Assembly: GCA_022827405.1 (NCBI GenBank) | Contig: JAJDTA010000175.1 | Span: 8,142 to 72,141 of the forward strand | Origin: Acidimicrobiia bacterium | GTDB taxonomy: Bacteria > Actinomycetota > Acidimicrobiia > Acidimicrobiales > Bin134 | Reading direction: 5' to 3' | DNA: 64,000 bases | Shown: positions 35,825-45,148 of the stretch, one piece after another | How positions within the stretch are numbered: the first letter of the stretch is position 1 | Layout: every line of letters begins with the position of its first letter | Position numbers and translations under genes: made by a program | Notes under the pieces: model-generated | Seen by the model: only the letters and a program-made list of their open reading frames with translations | Told to the model about the DNA's origin: nothing | Databases searched by the model: none

Positions 35825-36966
35825 CCGAGCCCTCGGTCGCAATGGGCTGGGACAAGATCCGGGTCGCTATTCCCCGGGTGGTGGAGGCCGGGTTCGCCAT
35901 ATTCGTAGTCGTCATCCTGGGCGCAGTCATGACCGTCAAATCCGACGTGTTCCTGACCACGGGAAATCTCCAGAACATTTTGCTGCAGACCTCGTTCTTG
36001 GCCTGCGCGGCTTTCGGAATGACCCTGGTGATCATCACCGCCGAACTCGATCTGTCTCAAGGGTCGGTTTTGGCCCTGATCGGGGTCGTGGCGGCCGAGA
36101 CCATGGTCCGCAACAACAGCATCGTGCTCGGCCTGTTGGCTGGAGCGGGGGTGGGCATAGCCGCCGGGCTGTTCAACGGGCTGATCACCGCGGTGCTCAG
36201 AGTTCCCTCATTCATCACCACCCTGGGACTTCTGATCATGGCCCGGGGCTTGGCCCGAGAGATCACCGCGGGCAATACCGTGGGCAACCTACCCGGCGGC
36301 TGGAAGGCGTGGTGGAGCGGGGAGTTCATCGGGCTGCGAATGCCCATTTGGGTGGCGCTGGGTCTCGGTGTCGTCTACCACATCATCCTTCGCTATTCCC
36401 GCTTCGGATTGCGGATCTACGCGGTGGGAGGAAATGCCGAAGCAGCCCGCCGAGCCGGCATAAACGTCACTCGGGTGCGGGTCACCGTCTTCGTGCTGGG
36501 GGGCCTGGCCGTTGCCGTCGGCGGCTTCACCCTGTTGGGACGAGTCAACGTCGGCCAACCCAATGCCGCAGTGCTCACCGAGCTGTACGCGGTGGCCGCG
36601 GTGGTTCTAGGAGGCACTAATCTGTTCGGAGGTCGGGGGTCGATACCCCGCACGCTGGCCGGCGTGCTGCTGATCGGGGTGATTCGCAACAGCCTCAACC
36701 TGCTCAATGTGTCGTCCAACATGCAAGACGTGTGGCTCGGCGTCGTGTTCGTGCTGGCCATGACATCGCAGTTCTTGCGCAGGTACCTGGAGCGGTGGGC
36801 CAACCGAAGCGAGGACACCGCCATCGAAGTGGAAGTGGAGCACGAGCTCGACGAAGAGCGCCGTGCTATCGAGCTGGCCGAGCAATCGGCCCGCTCGCCA
36901 GACCTAGAACTCCAAGGCGTGGAGCCGGCCGAGCAATCGGCCACCTCGACGTCGGAGCAACCATAA
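35821..36966 (+). CDS. Sugar/nucleoside (RbsC-type) ABC permease
   Basis: LDLSQGS, PSFITTLG, GGNAEAARRAGI and AVVLGGT motifs. Confidence 0.92.
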   Translation: MTEPSVAMGWDKIRVAIPRVVEAGFAIFVVVILGAVMTVKSDVFLTTGNLQNILLQTSFLACAAFGMTLVIITAELDLSQGSVLALIGVVAAETMVRNNSIVLGLLAGAGVGIAAGLFNGLITAVLRVPSFITTLGLLIMARGLAREITAGNTVGNLPGGWKAWWSGEFIGLRMPIWVALGLGVVYHIILRYSRFGLRIYAVGGNAEAARRAGINVTRVRVTVFVLGGLAVAVGGFTLLGRVNVGQPNAAVLTELYAVAAVVLGGTNLFGGRGSIPRTLAGVLLIGVIRNSLNLLNVSSNMQDVWLGVVFVLAMTSQFLRRYLERWANRSEDTAIEVEVEHELDEERRAIELAEQSARSPDLELQGVEPAEQSATSTSEQP

Positions 36967-36984
36967 GGGAATTATATACGATAG

Positions 36985-37013
36985 TTGACGTGGCTGGTGG
37001 CGGCGGGTAGCTT
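36985..37013 (+). promoter_or_regulatory. Inward sigma70-type promoter at the left TIR
   Basis: TTGACG-17 nt-TAGCTT. Confidence 0.65.
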
Positions 37014-37019
37014 CGGGGC

Positions 37020-37092
37020 TGCCGTCAATCTGTCCAGACCTGGAGCCGGGTATCTCCTGGCTCCATTCGGCATGGTCTGGGCATTGACGGCA
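37020..37092 (+). ncRNA. Structured RNA or 5' leader (29-bp interrupted hairpin)
   Basis: Three helices of 9, 10 and 10 bp with two G-U pairs on the + strand; begins at the predicted TSS. Confidence 0.5.
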
Positions 37093-37125
37093 ATTGATAT
37101 CCGACTTCCCGAAGGGAGCCACCCA

Positions 37126-37440
37126 ATGACACCGAGAAACGCCGAGCTGCGAGAGATCGCTGCTTCCTGCAAAGACCTCACCGAGGCTGAGCGAGCCCAG
37201 TTCGCCGCCCAATACGCCTGCCAGCGCTTGGAGCCGGGACTGGCGACAGCGTTGAGCATGATGATGCTCGACAGGTTCTACATCGGCCAGGTGGGGATGG
37301 GCATCGCCAAGATCCTCACTTTCGGCGGCCTGGGCGTCTGGGCGCTCGTGGATCTGTTCACCATGCGGAACAAGGTCGCTGAGATGAACTTGGAGGCCAT
37401 GCGCCACGTCAAGGCCCACGTCGTTGAGATGCGCCCCTAG
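37126..37440 (+). CDS. TM2-domain small membrane protein (IS cargo)
   Basis: DRFYIGQVGMGIAKILTFGGLGVWALVD TM2 signature. Confidence 0.85.
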   Translation: MTPRNAELREIAASCKDLTEAERAQFAAQYACQRLEPGLATALSMMMLDRFYIGQVGMGIAKILTFGGLGVWALVDLFTMRNKVAEMNLEAMRHVKAHVVEMRP

Positions 37441-37531
37441 GGGGCCTGCGGCAGCGGCTAGAATCGCCCCTGAAAAGGCCAAACCCCCGGTGGACAAGAC
37501 CGGGGGCTGGAAGAAAGGTTGAAACAACCTA

Positions 37532-37831
37532 ATGACTAACCAAGAGACTAGCGCGTTGGACGCGCGCGCTCAAATACCGGAGGACGGCGAGCACTGGGTG
37601 GAACTGGAGCCGCGTCCCGCCGGCCCCGGCGAAGTCCAAATCCTCCGCCACTGGGCCTACACCGGCCCCACTCTCGCCGACGTGTATGAGCGGTTGGAGA
37701 ACCCGCCGCCCGAGCAGCCGATCCCGAAAGTCTCCGCTGTCGAAGACCCCGACAGGCCCGGCGTGCTCCAGGTCGAGTTCTCGATCCAGCTCTCCGAGGA
37801 TGAGTGGGAGGCCGCCTTCGGCAGCAACTAG
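37532..37831 (+). CDS. Hypothetical acidic Pro-rich protein (IS cargo)
   Basis: 99-aa ORF with TAGAAT -10 box at 37459 and hairpin leader; stop overlaps the transposase stop. Confidence 0.6.
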   Translation: MTNQETSALDARAQIPEDGEHWVELEPRPAGPGEVQILRHWAYTGPTLADVYERLENPPPEQPIPKVSAVEDPDRPGVLQVEFSIQLSEDEWEAAFGSN

Positions 37832-38721
37832 GGGGCGGTGAGGTCGGTGTAGCGGAGGCGCTTGCCGACCATCCCGCAGGCCACCCAGCGCAGCGACGTG
37901 GCCTCGTTCACCCTGGCCTCAACCTCCGAGCAGTAGCGGTGCAGGTGCTTGTCCGACATCCAGTGGTAGGTGCCGATGTAGGAGCGCTTGAGCAGCGCCC
38001 ACACGCCCTCGATCCGGTTCGTGGAGGCCAGGCCCCTCCGGTACTCGCCGCGGCCGTGGGCGACCCGCCCGTGGCGGAACCCCAGCCTGCCGAGCGGCCC
38101 GTAGACCGGGGCCTCGTCGGTGAACACGTCAGCTCCCCGCCGCACCCTCGACGACACGAACCCGGCGGCGGTGGCACCGTCCACGCTTCCCACCGCCTCC
38201 AGCGACACCGACCCGGTGTGCCGATCAGCCGCGCCCATCACCGGGGCCTTCCCCGACGGGCCACGCCCAGACCCCTTCTTACCACGGTGGCGATTCTTGT
38301 TCTTCCCGCCGACATAGGTCTCGTCGATCTCGACCGGGCCGACCATGAGCGGATCGTCGCCGTCGGCCCACGCCTGGCGGATGCGATGGCCGAGATGCCA
38401 TGCCGACTTCTGGGTGATCCCCAAATGGCGGCCCAGGCTCACCGACGACACGCCTTTGGGCGACTGGGAGAGCAGGTAGACGGCCAGCAGCCACGTCTGA
38501 GCGCCCAGCTTGCTCGACTCCATCACCGACCCCTTCCGCCACGAGAAGTAGGAGCGGCACGACCCGCACCACCAGTCCATCGACTGGTGCTTGGACTCCA
38601 CCACCCGCTCGCCCGACCCGCAGTCGATACACCGCACCCCGTCGGGCCAGCGCTGCTCGACGAACCAGCGGCGGGCCGCTTCGTCGTCCGGGTACTTCCT
38701 CGCAAGCTCGATCAGGTTCAT
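37828..38721 (-). CDS. IS1595-family DDE transposase
   Basis: CxxC...CxxC Zn ribbon; VEIDETY, VFTDE and TNRIEGVW motifs. Confidence 0.93.
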   Translation of the reverse strand: MNLIELARKYPDDEAARRWFVEQRWPDGVRCIDCGSGERVVESKHQSMDWWCGSCRSYFSWRKGSVMESSKLGAQTWLLAVYLLSQSPKGVSSVSLGRHLGITQKSAWHLGHRIRQAWADGDDPLMVGPVEIDETYVGGKNKNRHRGKKGSGRGPSGKAPVMGAADRHTGSVSLEAVGSVDGATAAGFVSSRVRRGADVFTDEAPVYGPLGRLGFRHGRVAHGRGEYRRGLASTNRIEGVWALLKRSYIGTYHWMSDKHLHRYCSEVEARVNEATSLRWVACGMVGKRLRYTDLTAP

Positions 38722-38727
38722 GCCCAA

Positions 38728-38756
38728 ACCCTAGTCCCGACCCGCCAGCCTGTCAA
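38728..38756 (-). promoter_or_regulatory. Transposase promoter at the right TIR (leaderless)
   Basis: TTGACA-17 nt-TAGGGT, 6 nt before the ATG at 38721. Confidence 0.7.
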
Positions 38757-38801
38757 GTTATGTATATAGTTCCCAACCATAAACACCCGGAGGGGAGCAC
38801 A

Positions 38802-39797
38802 ATGAAAACCAAGAATCTGTTGTTCAAGCTGCTGGCGCTGCTATTGGCCCTTGGGCTGGTGGCATCGGCGTGCGGCAACGACGATGACGACGACACCGCG
38901 TCGGGAGACGGGGGTTGTGAGGAGACCTACGAGGTGCGGTATGCCAACTTGGCCACCTTCATCTTGTATTTCCGCGACCTCGAAGCTGGTCTGCGCGACT
39001 TCGGTGCCGGTAACTGCTGGAACTTCGTCGCCGCTGACGCCGCCTACGTGATCGAAGACCAAGTGGCTCAGATCGAGGACTTCGTAACCCAAGGCGTCGA
39101 CCTGATCATCGCCTCGCCGGGCGACCGCCAAGCGCTCATTCCCGCTTATGAAGCCGCCGCGGCCGCCGGCATTCCCATGTTGTCCACCGGCGACAGCGTG
39201 CAGGAGGCTGCCCCGGAGATCGGCTTCATCGGTACCGACTGGGGCGTTGAGGGCACCAAGCAGACCGAGTGGATGGTCGAACAGCTCGGCGGATCGGGCA
39301 AGATCGCCCGTATCGGTGGCCCGGGCGCCAGCGAGTACGTGGAGAAGCGCCGCGAGGGCTTCGAGCACACCATGGAGAACAACCCCGGTATCGAGGTGGT
39401 GTTCAACCAGAGCGCCAACAGCTTCACCGCCGAAGAGGGCCTCCGTTTGGCCCAGGACGCGTTGACCGCCAATCCCGATCTCGACGGAATCTGGGCAGAC
39501 AGCGATGCCCTGGCTCTGGGCGCCGCCACCGCGGTGGAAGAGGCGGGCATCGCCCACGCCGACATCCTCATCAGCGGAACCGACGGCGAGCCGGCGGTAT
39601 TCGATCAGATCCGGGCCGGATCCGGCGTGGACATGACTATTGCCTTGCGGGGCTATCAGTGGGGTTGGCAGACCGCCGAGGTCGCCCACCAGTACCTAAC
39701 CACCGGCAGCACCGGCCAGGGCTATTTCATCCAGGCGCCCACCTTCGTGGTGGATGCCGACACCATTGAAGGCATGACCAACGCCGATCTCCGCTAG
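38802..39797 (+). CDS. Sugar (RbsB-type) ABC substrate-binding lipoprotein
   Basis: Lipobox LVASAC; periplasmic-binding-protein type I pattern; GGGGAG RBS. Confidence 0.9.
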   Translation: MKTKNLLFKLLALLLALGLVASACGNDDDDDTASGDGGCEETYEVRYANLATFILYFRDLEAGLRDFGAGNCWNFVAADAAYVIEDQVAQIEDFVTQGVDLIIASPGDRQALIPAYEAAAAAGIPMLSTGDSVQEAAPEIGFIGTDWGVEGTKQTEWMVEQLGGSGKIARIGGPGASEYVEKRREGFEHTMENNPGIEVVFNQSANSFTAEEGLRLAQDALTANPDLDGIWADSDALALGAATAVEEAGIAHADILISGTDGEPAVFDQIRAGSGVDMTIALRGYQWGWQTAEVAHQYLTTGSTGQGYFIQAPTFVVDADTIEGMTNADLR

Positions 39798-39830
39798 GGG
39801 TCCTTCCCTTCCGGATTTTCGATAGCGAAC

Positions 39831-41441
39831 ATGACCTATCGGGCCGACGTACTCATCATCGGCGCCGGTGCATCCGGCGGGGTGGCGGCGCGCCACCTCG
39901 CCGAGCACGGCTTCGACGTGGTCTGCCTCGAGCAGGGCGATTGGCCCGATAGGTCTTCGTTCCCCGGTACCCGCCCCGACTGGGAGCTGGCCATCCGCCG
40001 GGACTGGGCCATGAGTCCCAATGTGAGGAATCGACCGGAGGACTACCCGGTTGTCCACGACGACTCCGACATCGAACCCCTCATGTACAACGCGGTGGGG
40101 GGGAGCATGATCATCTACGCCGGGACATGGCCGCGGATGCTCCCATCGGATCTGCGAGTGCGAACCCTCGATGGGGTGGCCGATGACTGGCCCCTCGCCT
40201 ACCGGGACCTGGTTCCCTACTACAACGCCATCGACCGCCAGATCGGCGTATCCGGCCTCGCCGGCGATCCGGCCTACCCGCCCCATGACGACTACCCGCT
40301 GCCGCCGCTGCCCCTGGGCGTGGCTGGCAGGCGGGTGGCCGAGGGCCACAACCGGCTGGGATGGCACTGGTGGCCCGAGCCCAATGCCATCTTGTCGGCC
40401 CCCTACGACGGGCGGCGGCCGTGCGTGCAGCGGGGAGTGTGCACCTCGGGATGCGCTGAAGGGGCCAAAGCCTCCACCGACCTGACCCATTGGCCCCAGG
40501 CGACGGCCGCCGGGGCCCGGCTTATCACCGGGGCCCGGGTCAGCCGGATCACCATCGGGCCTCGGGGGTTGGCCACCGGAGCCGTGTGGCTGGACCATGC
40601 CGGAGTCGAGCACCATCAAGAAGCCGATGTGGTGATCCTGGCGGCCAACGCCGTGGGCACGGCGCGGCTGCTGTTGCTCTCGGCCGACGACCGCTTATGC
40701 CCTGATGGGTTGGCCAATTCCAGCGGCCTCGTGGGCCGGCGCTTGATGATGCACCCGTTCTCGGTGGTTACCGGATGGTGGGACGATCAGGTGGAGGGCT
40801 GGCAGGGCCACTTCGGGGCCAGCATCACCACCTACCAGTTTTACGAGACCGACGCCGACCGAGAGTTCGTGCGCGGGGCCAAGTGGGCGCTTTCGCCGGT
40901 CGGCGGCCCCCTCAACCACATATTGCCCATGAGGGCCGGCAACGAGGTGTGGGGACCCGATCACCACCAGCTCATGGGACGGACATTCGGGCGGGGGGCG
41001 AGTTGGGCCATCTTCGGCGAGGACCTCCCCGAGGAGTACAACCGGGTGGAACTCGACCCGGACCGCACCGACAGCCACGGCATTCCCGCGCCCCGGGTGA
41101 GCTATCGGATCTCTGACCACTCCCGGCGACTGATGGCCTTCCAAGAAGAGCGGGCTACCGAGTCGCTCACCGCATCGGGCTGCCAGGAGACCGCGGTGGC
41201 CAGCATGATTCCCTATTCGGGGTGGCACCTCATGGGTACTGCCCGCATGGGAGACGACCCGGCGACATCGGTGGTCAACTCCCGCCAGCAGGCCCACGAT
41301 GTGGCCAATCTGTATGTCGCCGACGCCAGCGTGTTCGTGACCAGCTCGGGGGTGAACCCCACCTGCACCATCACCGCACTAGCCCTGCGAACGGCCGATC
41401 TACTGGTTCAAAACCGAAACGAGCAGAAGGTTCCGGCATGA
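39831..41441 (+). CDS. GMC-family flavoprotein oxidoreductase
   Basis: IIGAGASGG, CVQRGVCTSGC, HLMGTARMG and NPTCT motifs. Confidence 0.92.
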   Translation: MTYRADVLIIGAGASGGVAARHLAEHGFDVVCLEQGDWPDRSSFPGTRPDWELAIRRDWAMSPNVRNRPEDYPVVHDDSDIEPLMYNAVGGSMIIYAGTWPRMLPSDLRVRTLDGVADDWPLAYRDLVPYYNAIDRQIGVSGLAGDPAYPPHDDYPLPPLPLGVAGRRVAEGHNRLGWHWWPEPNAILSAPYDGRRPCVQRGVCTSGCAEGAKASTDLTHWPQATAAGARLITGARVSRITIGPRGLATGAVWLDHAGVEHHQEADVVILAANAVGTARLLLLSADDRLCPDGLANSSGLVGRRLMMHPFSVVTGWWDDQVEGWQGHFGASITTYQFYETDADREFVRGAKWALSPVGGPLNHILPMRAGNEVWGPDHHQLMGRTFGRGASWAIFGEDLPEEYNRVELDPDRTDSHGIPAPRVSYRISDHSRRLMAFQEERATESLTASGCQETAVASMIPYSGWHLMGTARMGDDPATSVVNSRQQAHDVANLYVADASVFVTSSGVNPTCTITALALRTADLLVQNRNEQKVPA

Positions 41442-41872
41442 CGAGTGACAACAACAGCACCGTTGTCGACATCGGCCGATTGGAACAGTTGGCCGACATC
41501 ATGCTGCCCTCGGCCCACGGCATGCCCTCGGCCTCCGAAGTGAGGGCGGTGGACTCCTATCTCGACGAGGTGTTGGAATGGCGCGACGACCTGTGCCAAC
41601 CGCTGGTCGAGGCCTTGACCGCGCTCGATCCGGCAACGTTCACCGTGGAAAGGCTGTCGGCCTTCCTTTCCGAGAACGAAGACGCCTACACCGCCCTCAC
41701 CACCGTGGTGGCAGCCTGCTACTACCTCAGCCCGGTGGTGCGCGACCGCATCGGCTATCCGGGCCAGGTGGCCAAGACTTACGATCCCTTCGCCTACACC
41801 GAATGGGTGGCCGAGGGGCTGCTCGACCCGGTTGTCGATCGGGGCCCGATTTGGCGAAAGGTCTCCGAATGA
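41438..41872 (+). CDS. Gluconate-2-dehydrogenase subunit-3-like partner protein
   Basis: LADIMLP...MPSAS and IGYPGQ motifs; coupled to the GMC gene. Confidence 0.7.
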   Translation: MTSDNNSTVVDIGRLEQLADIMLPSAHGMPSASEVRAVDSYLDEVLEWRDDLCQPLVEALTALDPATFTVERLSAFLSENEDAYTALTTVVAACYYLSPVVRDRIGYPGQVAKTYDPFAYTEWVAEGLLDPVVDRGPIWRKVSE

Positions 41873-42957
41873 GCCGAGCAGTGGTTTTGGCCGACTATGC
41901 CCTCGGTCCCGCGGTCGAGCGCCTGAATCTGGGACCGGTGATGCCAGGGGGCGCCCTGGTGCGCATCGATGCCGCCACGGTGTGTGGAACCGACGTCCAC
42001 ATCTGCGACGGAGTCTTCGAGCAACTGGCCCGTCTGCCGCTGGTATTGGGCCATGAGGGCACCGGAACGGTTTTGGAGATCGGCGCGGGTTTGGAGCGCG
42101 ACGCACGAGGCCAGCCGCTGCGACCGGGCGACCGCATCATCTGGGCCCACAACTGGTGCGGTCGGTGCTACTTCTGTGCAGTGGCCAAACAGCCCACCCT
42201 TTGCGAGAACACCATGGGTTACGGGTGGGGGCCTTATGAGGAGGGGTCAGTTAACGGCACATTCTCCGAGCACCTCCACGTGTCGCCCGATTCACGGGTG
42301 CTGCGGGTGCCCGACAGCGTGTCCAGCCCGCTGGCGTCGGCGGCCACCTGCGCGCTCCGCACCGTGATGCACGCCCTCGACCGTCTGCCCCGCATCCGCT
42401 TCAGCGACACCGTGGCCGTGCTCGGCGCCGGCCCGGTGGGCGTTCTGTGCGCGGCGGCCGCCCTGCACAGCGGGGCCCACCAGGTAGTGCTCATCGGCGC
42501 GCCCGCCTCCCGGCTGGCGGCCACCGAGAAGTGGGGCCTCACCGCCCGTATCGACATCGACCACACTGAGCCCGAGGAGCGAATCGACGCCGTCCGCGAC
42601 CTGACCGACGGCCGGGGCGCCGACGTGGTGTTCGAGTGCGCCGGGCCTCCCAACGCCTTTACCGAGGGAGTGGAGATGGTACGGGCCGGCGGCTCGCTCA
42701 TGGTGATCGGCCAGGCCCACGGTCAGTCAGTCCCGGTGGACACCACAGCCATGAAGGTCCGCCAACTCACGGTGCGAACCTCCCTTTCGGCCGACATTGC
42801 CCACTTCAACGACGCCCTTCAGTTCCTGGATCGGCATGGGGCTGCGCTGGAATTGGAATCGGTGGTGTGCTCGAAGACCTACTCGCTGAATCAGGTGACC
42901 GACGCCCTAGCAGCCATGAAGGCTGGCACGGAGATGAAGCCGGTGATTGTTCCATGA
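41869..42957 (+). CDS. Zinc-dependent (MDR) alcohol dehydrogenase
   Basis: CGTD, GHE, CxxCxxC...C and GAGPVG motifs. Confidence 0.92.
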   Translation: MSRAVVLADYALGPAVERLNLGPVMPGGALVRIDAATVCGTDVHICDGVFEQLARLPLVLGHEGTGTVLEIGAGLERDARGQPLRPGDRIIWAHNWCGRCYFCAVAKQPTLCENTMGYGWGPYEEGSVNGTFSEHLHVSPDSRVLRVPDSVSSPLASAATCALRTVMHALDRLPRIRFSDTVAVLGAGPVGVLCAAAALHSGAHQVVLIGAPASRLAATEKWGLTARIDIDHTEPEERIDAVRDLTDGRGADVVFECAGPPNAFTEGVEMVRAGGSLMVIGQAHGQSVPVDTTAMKVRQLTVRTSLSADIAHFNDALQFLDRHGAALELESVVCSKTYSLNQVTDALAAMKAGTEMKPVIVP

Positions 42958-44435
42958 CCGCCGGTTTCCCCGAACCAGCCGTTCGCGACCGCTACCCGCT
43001 GGTAGTGGGAGACCGCGAGGTCACCGCGGACGCTCTCATGCCCGCCACCGCGCCGGGCACCGGGGAGATCGTGGCCGAGGTGCCGCTGTCCGATGCCGAA
43101 GTAGTGGATCAAGCCGTAGCGGCCGCCACCGACGCTCAGCAAGCGTGGGCCGGCCTCTCGGCGGCCGAACGGGGCCGGTATCTGCGCGATCTGGCCGATG
43201 CGGTGCGGGCCCAGGCCGAGCAGCTCGCCCGGATCGACGCCTTGGACAGCGGCAACCCCCTGGCTGCCATGCGCAACGACGTGGCCTACGGCGCCGACGC
43301 TCTGGACTACTTCGCCGGCATCGCCCGGGAGCTGCACGGCAAGACCCTTCCGGCTTCGGCCAACGGCCTCCATCTGACCCTTCGGGAGCCCTATGGCGTG
43401 GTGGCCCGCATCCTGCCGTTCAACCACCCGCTGATGTTCACCCTCTTCCACGCGGCTGCCCCTTTGGCCGCGGGCAACACCGTGATCGTGAAGGCCCCCG
43501 ACCAAACCCCGATCTCCCCTCTGGAAGTGGCGTACTTGGCCGCCGAGATCCTGCCCCCCGGCGTGCTCACCGTGCTCACCGGCGACGGGGCCACCACCGG
43601 CGAGGCTCTGGTGGCCCACCCCGGCATTGGCCGGATCGGATTCACCGGCCGGGGGACTACCGGTCTGCGGGTCATGGAAGCGGCCGCGGCGTCGGGCCAT
43701 GTGAAGCACGTCACCGTAGAGCTGGGGGGCAAGAACCCCTTGCTGGTGGCGCCTGATGCCGACCCCGCTTACGTGGCCGAGCAGGCCGTGGGGGGAATGA
43801 ACTTCGAGTCTTCTCAGGGACAGTCGTGCGGATCGACCTCGCGGCTGTATGTGCCAACGGGGATGCGCGATGACGTGGTGGATGCGGTGGCTGCCCGGCT
43901 CGACCGGATCAAGGTGGGCAACCCCCTCGATCCGGCCACCACCATGGGACCGCTCGTCTCCGAGCCCCAGCTCAGCCGGGTGCGCGGCTACGTGGAGGCC
44001 GGGACGTCCGAGGGCGCCCGACTGGTTCGGGGGGACGGCCCGCCCGACGGGGTGCCCGACGGCGGGTACTACCTGGCCCCCACGCTGTTCGACCAGGTGG
44101 CGCCCGGTCATGTCATCGCCACCGAGGAGATCTTCGGCCCGGTGCTGTCTGTGCTGGAATGGCAAGACAGAGACGACCTCATCGCCCAGGCCAACGCCAC
44201 CCGCTACGGACTGACCGCCAACATCATCACCGATGACTTGGACTGGGCGATGGACGCCGCCCGCCGGGTGCAGGCCGGATGCGTATGGATCAACGGACGG
44301 GGCCAGCACTTCTTGGAAACCCCGTTCGGGGGTTACAAGGACTCCGGGCTGGGAGCTGAGGGGTCGATGGAGTCGCTGCTCAGCTACACCCGAACCAAAG
44401 TCGTCCACATTCTCGACATCGGAGCGCGACCATGA
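42954..44435 (+). CDS. Aldehyde dehydrogenase
   Basis: PFNHP, FTG, ELGGKN, GQSCGS and EEIFGP motifs. Confidence 0.93.
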   Translation: MTAGFPEPAVRDRYPLVVGDREVTADALMPATAPGTGEIVAEVPLSDAEVVDQAVAAATDAQQAWAGLSAAERGRYLRDLADAVRAQAEQLARIDALDSGNPLAAMRNDVAYGADALDYFAGIARELHGKTLPASANGLHLTLREPYGVVARILPFNHPLMFTLFHAAAPLAAGNTVIVKAPDQTPISPLEVAYLAAEILPPGVLTVLTGDGATTGEALVAHPGIGRIGFTGRGTTGLRVMEAAAASGHVKHVTVELGGKNPLLVAPDADPAYVAEQAVGGMNFESSQGQSCGSTSRLYVPTGMRDDVVDAVAARLDRIKVGNPLDPATTMGPLVSEPQLSRVRGYVEAGTSEGARLVRGDGPPDGVPDGGYYLAPTLFDQVAPGHVIATEEIFGPVLSVLEWQDRDDLIAQANATRYGLTANIITDDLDWAMDAARRVQAGCVWINGRGQHFLETPFGGYKDSGLGAEGSMESLLSYTRTKVVHILDIGARP

Positions 44436-45148
44436 GCAGCCACCCCACTGAGGTCATCGCCTCTCTCAAGGACAAGATCGCCACCTCCACCCGGATTCTG
44501 GTCCGAGAGCGGCTGATAGGACCCTTCGGCCACCCCTCGGCCCGGGTTCCCGGCACCGACTTGGTGGCGGTACTGGGCCACACCCACGATGACGTGAAGG
44601 ACTTGGCCGAGACCGAGCCGGGCGACGTAGTGGTGATGGGCTTGGACGGCGAGGTGGTCGAGGGATCCATGGACGCCCCCGGCGAGCGCTTCATGCACAC
44701 CGAGATCTACCGAGTCCGGCCCGACGTGGGCGCGGTGATCCACGCCCACCCCATGCACTGCATCGCGTTCTCGATGACCGACGTTCCCCTGGCCCCGGTC
44801 TGGCACCTGTGCACCCTGTTCGCCGACGGTGTTCCGGTGTATGACTCCGCCGTGCAGATCGACAACCCCGACCGCGGCCGGGCCGTGGCTGCGGCCCTGG
44901 GCGACTGCAAAGGCGTGCTGTTGAAGGGCCATGGCCTGACCGTGGTGGGCTCGTCTATCGAGGAAGCCACAGTGAGCGCGGTGAACCTCGAGCGCTCAGC
45001 CCGACTGCAGATAATGGCCCAAGGCATCGGAGCGGTGGAGGCCATCGATCGAACCGAGCTCACCGACGATCTGCTGACCGACGGCCTCACGCTGGAGGAG
45101 TACACCCACACCCAATGGGACTACTGGGCCATGGAGACGGCCGGATGA
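44432..45148 (+). CDS. Class II aldolase/adducin-family protein (possible decarboxylase)
   Basis: FGHPSAR, ERFMHTEIY, VIHAH and LLKGHG motifs. Confidence 0.88.
   Translation: MSSHPTEVIASLKDKIATSTRILVRERLIGPFGHPSARVPGTDLVAVLGHTHDDVKDLAETEPGDVVVMGLDGEVVEGSMDAPGERFMHTEIYRVRPDVGAVIHAHPMHCIAFSMTDVPLAPVWHLCTLFADGVPVYDSAVQIDNPDRGRAVAAALGDCKGVLLKGHGLTVVGSSIEEATVSAVNLERSARLQIMAQGIGAVEAIDRTELTDDLLTDGLTLEEYTHTQWDYWAMETAG

Larger units (their letters stand above)
36967..38774. mobile_element. IS1595-family element with passenger genes (1808 bp)
   Basis: Imperfect TIRs GGGAATTATATACGATAGTTGAC / GGGAACTATATACATAACTTGAC; identical 8-bp TSD AACCATAA at 36959-36966 and 38775-38782. Confidence 0.93.
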
